Assembly: GCA_017991475.1 (NCBI GenBank)
Contig: JAGOQK010000001.1
Location: forward strand, 12,783 to 76,782
Source: Minisyncoccota bacterium
Lineage (GTDB): Bacteria; Patescibacteriota; Minisyncoccia; Phycocordibacterales; PALSA-1337
Reading direction: 5' to 3'
Length of the DNA stretch: 64,000 nt
Position 1 is the first letter of the stretch. Every line of letters starts with the position of its first letter. The notes under the pieces were generated by a model. That model saw nothing but the letters and a program-made list of their open reading frames with translations. It searched no databases and was not told where the DNA came from. The position numbers and the translations under genes were made by a program. This document shows positions 18,875 to 29,375 of this stretch, one piece after another.

Positions 18875-19891
18875 TTACAGATTATAAAGCTCTTTGATTT
18901 TCTCGACAACTTTTTGCTTGGCCTCGGCGAGCGGCAATGCGATCAATGTACCCGCGGCCGCACGATGACCTCCCCCGCCGAATGCCGCCGCGAGAGCCGA
19001 GACATCAAATGTATTCGCGTCCTTGGAACGGAAACTTGCACGCACCATTCCTGGCTCTGCTTCTATAAGTGCACCTACCACATCGAACTCACCGACTGTG
19101 CGAAGCACAGAGGAAATCGATCCCGCACTGACACTGTCATCGGCAATATTCTTGGCTAGAAGCTCGTCGAGAGATACAACAGCCAATCCAACCTTACCAC
19201 CAAGCATCGGCTCGAGCGCAGTGAGAGCGAGACCTTTGAAATGCAAATCACTCACTGTATTACTATTTTCCATCACAGAGATAATGCGAGAAAAGTTCGG
19301 GCACTGGGCCGCAAGCTCACCTGCCGCCTGGAAGGTCTGTGGGGTCACACCTGAAAACTTAAGTCCTCCCGTATCTGTATAGATCCCCACGAAGAGGTTT
19401 GCGGCAATATCTGAAGTTATCTCAATATTCCACTCCTTGAATAGATCAAAGAGTATTTGCGCCGTTGCTGGGTATGAGGCTTCAATGAGATTGATCGTGC
19501 CAAAACCCGGATTTGTAGGATGATGGTCGATATCGACCACCTTCAAGGATGAAGGAAACTCAACTGCACCTATAGTTGAAACCCTGCCAAGTGCCGCAGT
19601 ATCGAGACATAGAAACAGATCGAACTCTGACAGATCTACCTCGAAGAAATTTTTCATCACAATATCCTTGGCTCCAGGAAAATGCATGAATGCCTGTGGT
19701 ATATCTGAGTCACCCTTGATGACAGTCGCCTTCTTGCCGAGCTGTTCGACGGCGAATTTCATGGCAAGAGCAGAACCGACACTATCTGGATCAGGAGACG
19801 GGTGACAATGAAGCAGGATGGACTTCGCCTTCTGGATCTCGGCGAGAATAAGTGGGGCCTTCTCGCGAATGAGTGGGGTTGTAGTGTTCAT
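18875..19891 (-). CDS. nrnA: DHH-family phosphoesterase NrnA (bifunctional oligoribonuclease / pAp phosphatase)
   Basis: DHH motifs HCHPSPDPDSVGS and DIDHH, plus DHHA1 GGGHRAAAG. The start is taken as Met13 (MNTTTPL) because the upstream extension is a palindromic intergenic motif. Confidence 0.8.
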   Translation of the reverse strand: MNTTTPLIREKAPLILAEIQKAKSILLHCHPSPDPDSVGSALAMKFAVEQLGKKATVIKGDSDIPQAFMHFPGAKDIVMKNFFEVDLSEFDLFLCLDTAALGRVSTIGAVEFPSSLKVVDIDHHPTNPGFGTINLIEASYPATAQILFDLFKEWNIEITSDIAANLFVGIYTDTGGLKFSGVTPQTFQAAGELAAQCPNFSRIISVMENSNTVSDLHFKGLALTALEPMLGGKVGLAVVSLDELLAKNIADDSVSAGSISSVLRTVGEFDVVGALIEAEPGMVRASFRSKDANTFDVSALAAAFGGGGHRAAAGTLIALPLAEAKQKVVEKIKELYNL

Positions 19892-19927
19892 AAGGTGTAT
19901 CTTAAGGCTCAACCTTAAGAAGGTCAA

Positions 19928-20404
19928 TTACTTGAATAAAACCGGAATCTCTACTGCCATATCTCTCGCTGGATCGCCTGACGGATTGTCATTCTTGAAG
20001 ATGAGCGTGCCGCGACGACCGAAGGCATCGGCATTGGCTGGAATGGTGAACTCGAGAGTAGCTACGAACGGCACGAATTCCGTCGTCATCCACTCGCCCT
20101 GAGCCTGCCCATATCCTTCTGCAATAATGAGTCCATCTCCATCAGTGAGCAGTACCGGGAAGCTCGCCTCGAAATACCATGGACCGCGTGCCTCACCGGT
20201 AATACGAAGCGGCGAGACGATATCGCCGCCCGGCACGACAGAAATAACGCGGATATCATTCACGCTTGCTCCGCCGCTATATGACGCAAGTGGCAGAGTG
20301 CTCAAGTCCGCAGGAGCATATACAGACTTCTTGACCATGAAGAATACGGTTCCAAGGACGACGAAAATGGCTAGGATCAGCGCACTAATCTTTATGTATT
20401 TCAT
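19928..20404 (-). CDS. Gmad2 immunoglobulin-like domain protein, membrane-anchored
   Basis: It has an N-terminal TM. The C-terminal domain matches the Gmad2 pattern (...EARGPWYFEASFPVLLTDGDG...GTLIFKNDNPSG). Confidence 0.5.
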   Translation of the reverse strand: MKYIKISALILAIFVVLGTVFFMVKKSVYAPADLSTLPLASYSGGASVNDIRVISVVPGGDIVSPLRITGEARGPWYFEASFPVLLTDGDGLIIAEGYGQAQGEWMTTEFVPFVATLEFTIPANADAFGRRGTLIFKNDNPSGDPARDMAVEIPVLFK

Positions 20405-20476
20405 AGGTACAATCTAGCACATTCTAGGCAGTAAAAAACCCCCTGAAACAGGAGGTTGATGAACTGGGCGAACAAC

Positions 20477-21145
20477 TTATCGTCGACGCCGGATTGCGAG
20501 CACGATACCTCCGATGAGGCCGAGCGTACCTATCGTCGGCTCAGGGACGCACGCGAGAGACAGAGCCGAAGTCGGTGTCATGTCCATGGGGAGGTTATAA
20601 CTTATGATTGCCCATTCCTGACCATCAGAATAGTACGGATTCCATCCGCAGCCATGCTGATAGATTTCAAGCTCGAACGATGTGATGGTAGTCCCGTCCA
20701 ATGCGAACTCGAGGTGATTGAACTGGAAGTAGCTGTCATCGTAGAGAGACAAATACCCCCTGCCCAAACCGTAGAACATCATACCTGGCTGCCCCGTCTT
20801 CTCGCTCGCGGCCGGGGCGACGAGCGGGTTCAGGTATTTCTGATTTTCCACAAATCCGAAATCACCAATATCGAGAACCAACAATGCGTAGAATCCGTTG
20901 GCAATCTCGAACTCCAGATGACCAAGCCGGTTACCATGACCATTCTCCCACTGGAGGGGACCAAAGATCGCAGGGTCCACGATGTCATAATTCGTGGTAA
21001 TAAAACCTGGATATGGATTGAGCGGACTCGTCACCGAGGCCGCGAAGGACAGTTGATTTTGCTGACCACGAGCCTGATGACCGAGACTCATGAAGAGCAT
21101 GCACGCAAGCGTGCACACCCATGCGATAGAAGTGTGAGTTTTCAT
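20477..21145 (-). CDS. PEP-CTERM sorting-domain secreted protein
   Basis: It has a signal peptide (MKTHTSIAWVCTLACMLFMSLGHQA). The C-terminus is VPEP-TIGTLGLIGGIVLAI-RRRR, a canonical PEP-CTERM motif. Confidence 0.65.
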   Translation of the reverse strand: MKTHTSIAWVCTLACMLFMSLGHQARGQQNQLSFAASVTSPLNPYPGFITTNYDIVDPAIFGPLQWENGHGNRLGHLEFEIANGFYALLVLDIGDFGFVENQKYLNPLVAPAASEKTGQPGMMFYGLGRGYLSLYDDSYFQFNHLEFALDGTTITSFELEIYQHGCGWNPYYSDGQEWAIISYNLPMDMTPTSALSLACVPEPTIGTLGLIGGIVLAIRRRR

Positions 21146-21285
21146 AGAACGATCTCTCCGAGGTTCCACCCTACATGTAAATGTGGGTTTTTTGTTGATG
21201 TTGACCCTAAAACGTACCTAGTACTATTATACTCCTAAATGAAGTAATTGTCAATCCCCTGTAATGCCCGTATTTTCATGCTATA

Positions 21286-22710
21286 TTGGTGGCTATGCAA
21301 CGCACATACATCAACAATCTCAAGGATCATGTCGGTTCAGAAGTATCTATTTCGGGGTGGGTAGATATCCGCCGCGACCACGGCAAGCTTATATTCATCG
21401 ACTTCCGCGATATGACCGGCAAGGTGCAATCCATCGCTCTCCCTATGAATAAGGAGGCGCACGAGGTTGCAGGTAAGATTCGTCCTGAATGGGTTGTTCG
21501 TGCTACAGGTATGGTCAACAAAAGACCCGAAAAGATGATCTCCAAGAATAAGGAAACGGGTGAGATAGAACCTAACGGAGATATTGAACTTGAACTCAAG
21601 AAGCTTGAAATCCTCAATGAAGCCGAAACTCCGATGATCGATGTGCGCAGCGACGGTACTGAGATTGGCGAAGATTCGCGTCTGAAGTATCGCTACCTCG
21701 ATCTGCGCCGACCACGCATGCAAAAAACTATCCGTGTACGCCACAAGATCATCAAACATGTTCGAGATTTCCTCGACCGTGAAGGCTTCACAGAAATCGA
21801 GACTCCGATCTTGACCAAGTCCACTCCCGAAGGTGCACGCGACTATGTTGTTCCATCCCGCCTTGAACAAGGTAAATTTTATGCGCTTCCTCAGTCGCCC
21901 CAGCAATACAAACAGCTCCTCATGACGGCTGGTTTCGAAAAATACTTCCAAATCGCCCGATGTTTCCGTGATGAGGACACTCGCTCCGATCGCCAGCCAG
22001 AGTTCACACAGATGGACCTCGAGATGAGTTTCGTCGAGCGTGAGGATGTCATGGCTGTGAATGAGGCGATGCTCATAGAGATAGTCACCAAGCTTTTCCC
22101 TGAAAAGAAGATTCAGGCTGTCCCATTCCCGCGCATCACCTACAAGGAAGCTATGGAAAAGTATGGCAACGACCGCCCGGATATCCGCACTGACAAGAAT
22201 GACCCGAACCTACTCGCCTTCTGCTGGGTGATCGACTTTCCTTTCTTCGAAAAGACTGAAGAGGGTGGATGGACATTCACGCACAACCCATTCTCAGCAC
22301 CAAAGCCAGAACATATGGAGATGCTCATGAATAAAAAAGATATTGGCGACATCCTCACCACGCAGTATGACGTCGCGCTCAACGGATTTGAGATCGGTGG
22401 TGGCAGTATCCGCAATCATAACCCTGAGGCTCTCAAGCGTGTCTTCGAGATCATGGGATATCCTGCAGAGACCATCGAAGCGAACTTCGGTCACATGCTC
22501 CGCGCACTCGGTTCTGGTACACCTCCACATGGTGGTATCGCCTGGGGTCTCGATCGCCTGGTCGCACTTCTCACTGGTAGCGCATCGATCCGCGAAACTA
22601 TCGCCTTTGCCAAGACAGGTGAAGGACGCGATCTCATGATGGAGGCACCAAGTGAGATTTCTGAAAAGCAGTGGAAGGAGTTGGGTATTGAGGTGAGGAA
22701 GAAGAAGTAG
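21286..22710 (+). CDS. aspS: aspartate--tRNA ligase, short archaeal/non-discriminating type
   Basis: 474 aa. It has an N-terminal OB anticodon-binding domain and class II motifs (FRDEDTRSDRQPEFTQMDLE, GGGSIRNHN, GLDRL). Confidence 0.95.
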   Translation: MVAMQRTYINNLKDHVGSEVSISGWVDIRRDHGKLIFIDFRDMTGKVQSIALPMNKEAHEVAGKIRPEWVVRATGMVNKRPEKMISKNKETGEIEPNGDIELELKKLEILNEAETPMIDVRSDGTEIGEDSRLKYRYLDLRRPRMQKTIRVRHKIIKHVRDFLDREGFTEIETPILTKSTPEGARDYVVPSRLEQGKFYALPQSPQQYKQLLMTAGFEKYFQIARCFRDEDTRSDRQPEFTQMDLEMSFVEREDVMAVNEAMLIEIVTKLFPEKKIQAVPFPRITYKEAMEKYGNDRPDIRTDKNDPNLLAFCWVIDFPFFEKTEEGGWTFTHNPFSAPKPEHMEMLMNKKDIGDILTTQYDVALNGFEIGGGSIRNHNPEALKRVFEIMGYPAETIEANFGHMLRALGSGTPPHGGIAWGLDRLVALLTGSASIRETIAFAKTGEGRDLMMEAPSEISEKQWKELGIEVRKKK

Positions 22711-22772
22711 TTGCAAATCTTGGTTCCAGAGAGTACTCTTGCTACGAACAATAGAACCGTGAAAGGTACCTT

Positions 22773-22967
22773 ATGCATCCCTTGATCTGGATTAGTATCG
22801 TAGTGTTCATACTTGGCCTTTTGACCATTGGAACAGCATTCAATAATGCAACCAAATGGCAACTCGGGAAGGCAGCGGGAGTATCCGAGGTTGGCGTCAT
22901 CGTCGTATTCATCGGACTCTTACTCCTCGTCATCTGTGGGGCGCTCAAGGGTCTCAAGGTGATATAA
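22773..22967 (+). CDS. small membrane protein with two TM helices
   Basis: 64 aa. An intrinsic terminator follows at about 22981-23012 (cgctcccc-tcattttt-ggggagcg + T tract). Confidence 0.4.
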   Translation: MHPLIWISIVVFILGLLTIGTAFNNATKWQLGKAAGVSEVGVIVVFIGLLLLVICGALKGLKVI

Positions 22968-23021
22968 CACAAATTCATCACCGCTCCCCTCATTTTTGGG
23001 GAGCGATTTTATTATGGAAAA

Positions 23022-23420
23022 CTATCGATTCAACCAAGTAACCGTGAGCTGTAGCACACTCGCAAAAGTAACCCAGAGAAGATATGGAATCTGCGCATAC
23101 GCGAGCCCACGAGAATACGGCCAGATCGCGATCATCATCCAGATGATAGTTCCAAGAACTAGAAGTATATCGATAGCGGCGAGATAGTTATTCTGCAAAC
23201 CAAACTGAAGTGGGGTGAATGCGAAGTTGAAGATGAGGTTGAGGGCGAATGGTAGTGCGACCATTCCAGGAATCACACGCGTAAATGCAAGATAGAACAC
23301 ACGCAGGAATGTAATCGCGATGATCACATAGAGCACAGTCCATACTGGGCCGAATATCCATGACGGCGGAGCAAATGATGGCTTGATGAGCGTTGAGTAC
23401 CAGGAATAGGTTGGTGACAT
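23022..23420 (-). CDS. tspO: TspO/MBR family tryptophan-rich sensory protein
   Basis: SWYSTLIKPSFAPPSWIFGPVWTVLY, with five TM helices. Confidence 0.8.
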   Translation of the reverse strand: MSPTYSWYSTLIKPSFAPPSWIFGPVWTVLYVIIAITFLRVFYLAFTRVIPGMVALPFALNLIFNFAFTPLQFGLQNNYLAAIDILLVLGTIIWMMIAIWPYSRGLAYAQIPYLLWVTFASVLQLTVTWLNR

Positions 23421-23496
23421 GTGTACAGTATAGCGCATTTGCAAAAAATGGTGTGTAAGAGTATCGTTTCAGAAACTGCACATCGAAAGGTACATT

Positions 23497-24177
23497 ATGA
23501 CCGTAAAATTATTCATCATCGCCCACTCACCATTCATCATGGACACGGCGCATCACAGACTCTGCCTCGTTGTTCGGCGCAAAGGTCCCATCAGCGAATC
23601 TGGCCTAGCGGTACCTATCGGGGAAACCGAAGTGCCGATCATCGCACGATCTCCAGACATATTCGACAATCGACGAAATCCCATCACCGATGTACTCATC
23701 CCTGAGACACGCCGATGCCTCGGTGGACCCGTCTCCACCTTCATTGCCAAGCAATCCATGAAACATGGAAGGCTCGTGCTATTCAAAAACGACAAGGATC
23801 CGCGTGATGGGACGATTTGGTATGGAGTGCGCGTCGATGAGATATTCGATCAGGCGCTCCTACCAGCATCATATGGATGCTTGGATGCATTTGATTGCGA
23901 CGACCTTGCCCGCCAAATGAAGGAGGTAAAAAAGTCACAGAGGACCATACCTCTTCGGAAGCTTCGGCGATCCAAGAACCCCGCGATCAGAAAGATGGCA
24001 AAACACTCACCCAACCTAATGGTCATGAGTGCTACGGTCCATCACGACCATCTCCAGCATGATGATTTGTACATGGGAGAAAAAGTCCTCGCTCACTTCC
24101 AGAAACTCGAGGATGAGCGTATCGCAAGACTCCCCCGTATCTACTACCGCGCTGGAGGCATGGTAGCGACATGTTGA
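23497..24177 (+). CDS. hypothetical protein
   Basis: 226 aa. An intrinsic terminator follows at about 24192-24222 (ccgcc-gattt-ggcgg + T6). Confidence 0.5.
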   Translation: MTVKLFIIAHSPFIMDTAHHRLCLVVRRKGPISESGLAVPIGETEVPIIARSPDIFDNRRNPITDVLIPETRRCLGGPVSTFIAKQSMKHGRLVLFKNDKDPRDGTIWYGVRVDEIFDQALLPASYGCLDAFDCDDLARQMKEVKKSQRTIPLRKLRRSKNPAIRKMAKHSPNLMVMSATVHHDHLQHDDLYMGEKVLAHFQKLEDERIARLPRIYYRAGGMVATC

Positions 24178-24214
24178 AAGCGACGTCACACACCCCGCCG
24201 ATTTGGCGGGTTTT

Positions 24215-24616
24215 TTATTTCTTTTCTGCTTCTGGCAATAGATCCAAACACACCGAGTTCAAACAATATCTTTTTCCGGTCTCCGTCGGACCATCGTCAA
24301 AAACATGCCCGAGATGAGATCCGCATTTCGCGCAGACGATTTCAATACGCACATGACGCGCTCCAGCAGCAATATCGGTATCATCCACAATCTCTTTCAC
24401 TGAACCGGGGAGAGCCTGATCAAATGACGGCCATCCGGTACCTGAATCGAATTTTGCATCAGAAGAGAATAATTTCGAACCACAGACTTTGCAGGTATAC
24501 ATCCCTGTACGGTCATCATGCAGGAGTTTCCCAGAAAATGGTGCTTCGGTACCCTTTTCGCGGAGCACATGATACTCCTCGGGTGTCAGTTTCTTTTTGA
24601 GTTCCTCATCATTCAT
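24215..24616 (-). CDS. msrB: peptide-methionine (R)-S-oxide reductase MsrB
   Basis: Two CxxC Zn motifs and the catalytic RIEIVCAKCGSHLGHVF. Confidence 0.95.
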   Translation of the reverse strand: MNDEELKKKLTPEEYHVLREKGTEAPFSGKLLHDDRTGMYTCKVCGSKLFSSDAKFDSGTGWPSFDQALPGSVKEIVDDTDIAAGARHVRIEIVCAKCGSHLGHVFDDGPTETGKRYCLNSVCLDLLPEAEKK

Positions 24617-24628
24617 ATAGTTCAGATA

Positions 24629-25168
24629 TTATTTCTTCAACAATTCCGCAAACCTTTTTTCCAACTTCTCAAGCTTGGGTGCGATCACGAGCTGACAATA
24701 CGGCTGATCGGAATGATTCTTATAATATTCTTGGTGATATCCTTCTGCCTCGTAAAATGTATCGAGCGGCTTCACTTCAGTAACTATCGGTGTGTCATAC
24801 GCATTCGTATCATTTAATTCTTTGATAAGTTTTTCAGCTTTCTCTTTCTGTTCAGCATCAGAATAAAATATTGCCGAACGATATTGCGTGCCAACATCAT
24901 TCCCCTGCCTATTCAATGTAGTAGGATTGTGAGTATTGAAGAATACTACTAGAAGATCATCGTAAGTGATCATTGCCGGATCATATTCTATTTTGATAGC
25001 CTCTGCGTGTCCGGTATTTCCATTTGAGACCTGTTCATATGTCGGATTTACTATCGTACCACCAGTGTATCCTGATTTTACCGAGATAACTCCCTTCAGA
25101 GAAGAAAAAACTGCTTCTGTACACCAGAAGCATCCATTCGCGAAGACTGCGATTTTAGTGTGTTGCAT
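24629..25168 (-). CDS. msrA: peptide-methionine (S)-S-oxide reductase MsrA
   Basis: The GCFWC active-site motif lies near the N-terminus. Confidence 0.95.
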   Translation of the reverse strand: MQHTKIAVFANGCFWCTEAVFSSLKGVISVKSGYTGGTIVNPTYEQVSNGNTGHAEAIKIEYDPAMITYDDLLVVFFNTHNPTTLNRQGNDVGTQYRSAIFYSDAEQKEKAEKLIKELNDTNAYDTPIVTEVKPLDTFYEAEGYHQEYYKNHSDQPYCQLVIAPKLEKLEKRFAELLKK

Positions 25169-25432
25169 ACCAATTATATTATCATATATAATAACGACAG
25201 ATGAACACTCTAAAAGCTTATTTGGCGTTTGCCTGTTTTTTCATTGAATCCATACTATTCGATGATGGCTGGCTGGGATTTTTCCCTGACGATGAAACTG
25301 ATCTACGAAGACTCAAAAAATGGGTAGACCGTTTCAGAGTCAAATACGACTGTATCCGAATCATCACCACTGAATCACCCAAGACCGCAGCCCCTTCAGG
25401 ACCGAAAGCATTGCTGCCGTAGGTCTTTTTTA

Positions 25433-25624
25433 TTGCCTAAATGTTACAATGCACCCATGAACCAACGCCACTTCATATGGATTGGTATGCTCGTAGGATC
25501 AGCGATCGGGGGCTGGATCCCCGCACTCTGGGGTGCCGGAATGTTTTCCTTCTCCGGAATCATCGGCACCATGCTCGGAGGATTCGTCGGCATATTCATC
25601 GGCCTCAAGTTCGCGAACTGGTAA
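25433..25624 (+). CDS. small glycine-zipper membrane protein
   Basis: 63 aa with a GxxxG-rich TM pair. A bidirectional terminator (aaaacccgcc-gacga-ggcgggtttt) follows at 25627-25652. Confidence 0.4.
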   Translation: MPKCYNAPMNQRHFIWIGMLVGSAIGGWIPALWGAGMFSFSGIIGTMLGGFVGIFIGLKFANW

Positions 25625-25673
25625 TCAAAACCCGCCGACGAGGCGGGTTTTCGCAGACTCACACCGTGAAGCA

Positions 25674-25784
25674 TTAGCGCTTCTTGGTGTGCTTGTGCGC
25701 GAGACGTGCACGCTTCGCAAGAACACGCTTCTTGGTTTTGCGAGATCGGGACGCCTTCTTTTGAACTGATGCTCTTTTTGCCAT
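25674..25784 (-). CDS. tiny ORF encoding an extremely basic 36-aa peptide
   Basis: My translation is MAKRASVQKKASRSRKTKKRVLAKRARLAHKHTKKR. It ends at the terminator at 25627-25652. It is too short for the ORF track. Confidence 0.3.
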   Translation of the reverse strand: MAKRASVQKKASRSRKTKKRVLAKRARLAHKHTKKR

Positions 25785-25858
25785 AGTGAAGATACTATAC
25801 CATAGCCCGGCAAATTTTCCAAAGAAAAAGCGCACTCGAGAGTACGCTTTTTCGGAGA

Positions 25859-25942
25859 TTATTTTCTCTTCTTAGAAGTCTTCTTTTTCTTTGAAGCCTT
25901 CTTCGTCGCCTTCTTGGCGACCTTTCTCTTTTTCTTTGCCAT
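25859..25942 (-). CDS. tiny ORF encoding a 27-aa lysine-rich peptide
   Basis: My translation is MAKKKRKVAKKATKKASKKKKTSKKRK. The stop abuts an A-tract/hairpin/T-tract terminator at about 25826-25855. Confidence 0.3.
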   Translation of the reverse strand: MAKKKRKVAKKATKKASKKKKTSKKRK

Positions 25943-26087
25943 GATAGTGGAGAGCTAAATTACGACTGCCAATGCTCGACCGCTATTCATTATAGAACAT
26001 ACGCGCACGAATGCGAGAAATATTTTATCAAAACAGTGGATAACTTTTAAAAAAGAATTATTTTTCATTCGATGCTATGATGCGCAC

Positions 26088-26654
26088 ATGGAACCGACAG
26101 ATGAACAACTCGCAGAACAAAGTGCACTCGGTGATGATGACGCATTCCAAGAGATCGTCCGCCGCCATCTCACGTCGGTCTATCGATTTGCATTTCACTA
26201 TGCACGAACAGAAGAAGATGCGGACGATATCACCCAGGATTCATTTTTCAAAGCATGGAAACACATCAAGCGCTACAAAAAAGGTCGAGCCTTCAAACCG
26301 TTGTTATTCACTATCGCACGCAATACCGCACTGGACTTCATCAAGAAAAAGAAACCTCATGTATTCTCTTCTCTCGATAATGACAATGATAGCTCAGCAT
26401 TCGAGGACACGCTCGAGGACAGCGAACCTCTGCAGCCCGAGCTTTTCGAGCGCGCAGAGACTAAAGAAGTACTGAAGAAACTTATGGATGAACTGCACCC
26501 GGATCACCGATCAGTATTGACCCTCTACTATGAAGAAGAACTCACCTTCGAGGAGATCGCTGAAACTCTCGGTAAGCCTATGAACACGGTGAAGAGTTGG
26601 CATCGTCGCGCACTTATCAGAATCCGTAACCTGCTGCACCAAAAGAGGCGTTAG
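26088..26654 (+). CDS. ECF-type RNA polymerase sigma-70 factor
   Basis: It has sigma region 2 (VYRFAFHYARTEEDADDITQDSFFKAW) and region 4 (LTFEEIAETLGKPMNTVKSWHRRAL). Confidence 0.9.
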   Translation: MEPTDEQLAEQSALGDDDAFQEIVRRHLTSVYRFAFHYARTEEDADDITQDSFFKAWKHIKRYKKGRAFKPLLFTIARNTALDFIKKKKPHVFSSLDNDNDSSAFEDTLEDSEPLQPELFERAETKEVLKKLMDELHPDHRSVLTLYYEEELTFEEIAETLGKPMNTVKSWHRRALIRIRNLLHQKRR

Positions 26655-26669
26655 TATCGTATATATACT

Positions 26670-27089
26670 ATGACCATGAATGACCCTTATAAAAAGATTC
26701 TGATTTCTCTCGAAGCACCGCGCCCATCGGTGAGGCTTGTGGGCCGCATCGAGTCGCGCATCGTGCGAGCGCGCGTCATGAGAAATCGCGCTCGCATTTC
26801 ATTCCATGGAATCGTTGCAACAGGATCGATCGTCATGTTTATCACCGCACTCCAGTACACAAGTGCAGAAGCAAGTCAGTCAGGATTCTATGACTATGCG
26901 TCACTTCTCATTTCTGATGGCAAATACCTCATCTCAAGTTGGAAGGAAGTATCTGTCACTATGCTCGAGTCTGCACCTGTCATGGGTGCAGCACTTTCAC
27001 TGGGCGCACTCATCGTTCTCACCAATGCCATACGACGCGGAGCACGCTATATTTCACCAACCTATGTGTCCTCGCTTATTCGTGCGTAG
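26670..27089 (+). CDS. putative membrane-anchored anti-sigma factor
   Basis: It lies immediately downstream of the ECF sigma gene and has a single TM. It is assigned by position only. Confidence 0.4.
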   Translation: MTMNDPYKKILISLEAPRPSVRLVGRIESRIVRARVMRNRARISFHGIVATGSIVMFITALQYTSAEASQSGFYDYASLLISDGKYLISSWKEVSVTMLESAPVMGAALSLGALIVLTNAIRRGARYISPTYVSSLIRA

Positions 27090-27132
27090 TCACTCATAGA
27101 TTTATCAAGGTATCGACTCATCATAAAATTAT

Positions 27133-27636
27133 ATGAACATTCCCGACATTGCCCGATCGCTGCAATCCGCAAAGACATCTTCCATCATCCGCGTCATGAT
27201 TGCTCTTTTCGTACTCATCGTCGTCTTCTGGATGGGGGTCACTGTCGGTTGGCGTAAGGCGGAATTCTCATATCGCTTCAGCGACAACTACTATCGCTCT
27301 TTTGGCGGCCATGAACGCTCTCCTATAGGCAAGATCGGCATGCCTGACCCTGACGATCTCATAAACGGACATGGTGCCGTCGGCAAAGTGATATCCGTCA
27401 ATCTACCGACTGTCATCGTCTCAGATGCAAACGGTGTCGAGAAATCTATTCGTATTACCAACGACACGGTCGTACGCAGCGGGCGCGGCGGTATCGCATC
27501 GACTACTATTACTGACCATGATTTCATAGTCGTTATTGGCAATCCTGATACTACCGGACTCATCACCGCCAAGCTTATCCGCGTCATGCCTCCTCCACCT
27601 GCTTTTGCGACAACTTCTCTACCAACACCTCAATAA
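27133..27636 (+). CDS. membrane-anchored hypothetical protein
   Basis: 167 aa with an N-terminal TM and a Pro-rich C-terminus. Confidence 0.45.
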   Translation: MNIPDIARSLQSAKTSSIIRVMIALFVLIVVFWMGVTVGWRKAEFSYRFSDNYYRSFGGHERSPIGKIGMPDPDDLINGHGAVGKVISVNLPTVIVSDANGVEKSIRITNDTVVRSGRGGIASTTITDHDFIVVIGNPDTTGLITAKLIRVMPPPPAFATTSLPTPQ

Positions 27637-27645
27637 TATATTTCT

Positions 27646-29370
27646 ATGAAGAAAACTTCTTTTTTCCACAGGATTCGCTCATGGATCATGTCTCACAAAA
27701 TAGTATCGATTATAATTACGGCCATCGTTATTACTGGAGGATACTATGCGATTGCCACAACGAGCACCGACTCATCGAGCACATATACACTCGTACCCGT
27801 CAGCGTCGGCACTATTCGCCAGACAGTCACCGGTAGCGGACAAGTCGCCGCTCAAAATCAAGTTGACATCGCAAGTGAAGTTTCTGGAACCGTTCTCTCG
27901 ATGAATGTGGCAGTTGGTCAGAAGGTTGCCTCAGGTCAACTCATTGCAACGCTTGATTCCCGCGATGCAGCCATCGACCTCGAGAATGCCCGTATTTCCC
28001 TAGAAAAATTGACTCGGACAGCAGAGCCCGGTGAGCTCACCTCGGCACAAAACTCCGTGACCAAGGCATATAGTGATGGATTCAGCTCTATATCAGATGC
28101 GTACCTTGATTTGCCCGAGATTATGGACGGCCTCGATGACCTCCTCTATTCCCGTGATGGATACTTGAGTGATCAGCAGGTAGTCGGATTCTCCGCAAAG
28201 ACAAAAGCATATCGCACCGTCACCGCCACAGCATATGACGCTGCCAAAGTGCGCTACGATAAACTTCTTCTTGAGTACAAGAGTATCACCCGATCCAGCG
28301 CATCATCGACCATCGATTCATTCATTGGAGAAACATCCAAACTCCTCACCATGGTTTCAGAAGCACTCAAGAATGCACAGAGTGCTATCACATTCCTCAT
28401 GGTCAATGAGACTGAATACTTGAGTGATGATGCACCGACCGCGGCGGCAAATGTAAGTACCTGGTTGAGTACGACCAACAGCTCACTTGCATCACTCCTC
28501 TCCTCAAAGAACTCTATCCAGTCATCTACTAATTCACTCCAAGATCTCGTAGATGGGACTGACACGCTCGACATACGCTTGCAGCAGCTCTCGCTCCAGC
28601 AGAAAGTTCGCACCTATGAGAAGTACTTCATTCGTGCACCCTTCGCTGGTGTCATCGGAAAAATATCTGTCGATGTATATGACAAAGCTTCAAGTGGCAC
28701 CTCGATCGCAACCATCGTAGGTGAGCAGAAAGTGTCGAGCATATCACTCAATGAAGTCGATGCGGCCAAAGTACAGGTAGGTCAACCTGTCGAGATCACC
28801 TTCGATGCGATCGATGACTTCATCGCAACAGGCACCGTTGCACAAGTCGACCAGATCGGCACCGTGAGCTCAGGAGTTGTCTCATACGGTATCAAGATTG
28901 CAGTGAATACAACTGACAGTCGCATCAAGCCAGGAATGAGCATGAATATCACTATCACTACCGAAGAGAAGTCTGGGATACTTGTGGTCCCTGCAAGTGC
29001 TGTGAAGACCAGAAATGGCACCAAGTATGTCGAAATAGTTGACAGTACACGTACCGCCTCATCGACAGGAGCACGACCACGCATGATTACTGCATCATCT
29101 GCCGAAGTCACCCCTCGCCAGGTCACCGTACTCGTAGGATCGTCGGACGACTCATTCATCGAGATCATCGAAGGTCTCACCGCTGGCGATCTCGTCGTGA
29201 CCAAGACAGTCGTAGGTAGTGCGAGTACGAGTGGCAGTGCGCCGAGTATCCTGAATAGTCTCACTCCTCAACGCACACGAACAACCACAACGACATCTTC
29301 ATCCAACCGCGCGACTACGGGAGGACCGTCGGGTTCGTCTGCTCCATCTGGACCACCACCCGGCTTCTAA
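27646..29370 (+). CDS. efflux transporter periplasmic adaptor subunit (HlyD/MacA/YknX family) with a Ser/Thr-rich C-terminal tail
   Basis: It has an N-terminal TM, a biotinyl-lipoyl-like domain ([23 protein letters not shown]...GQLIATLDS), a long coiled-coil and a beta-barrel segment. Confidence 0.8.
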   Translation: MKKTSFFHRIRSWIMSHKIVSIIITAIVITGGYYAIATTSTDSSSTYTLVPVSVGTIRQTVTGSGQVAAQNQVDIASEVSGTVLSMNVAVGQKVASGQLIATLDSRDAAIDLENARISLEKLTRTAEPGELTSAQNSVTKAYSDGFSSISDAYLDLPEIMDGLDDLLYSRDGYLSDQQVVGFSAKTKAYRTVTATAYDAAKVRYDKLLLEYKSITRSSASSTIDSFIGETSKLLTMVSEALKNAQSAITFLMVNETEYLSDDAPTAAANVSTWLSTTNSSLASLLSSKNSIQSSTNSLQDLVDGTDTLDIRLQQLSLQQKVRTYEKYFIRAPFAGVIGKISVDVYDKASSGTSIATIVGEQKVSSISLNEVDAAKVQVGQPVEITFDAIDDFIATGTVAQVDQIGTVSSGVVSYGIKIAVNTTDSRIKPGMSMNITITTEEKSGILVVPASAVKTRNGTKYVEIVDSTRTASSTGARPRMITASSAEVTPRQVTVLVGSSDDSFIEIIEGLTAGDLVVTKTVVGSASTSGSAPSILNSLTPQRTRTTTTTSSSNRATTGGPSGSSAPSGPPPGF

Positions 29371-29375
29371 ATCAT

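Noticed and set aside
20456-21238. 260-aa plus-strand ORF
   Set aside because: It is antisense to the PEP-CTERM protein gene, which has a signal peptide and a canonical sorting motif.
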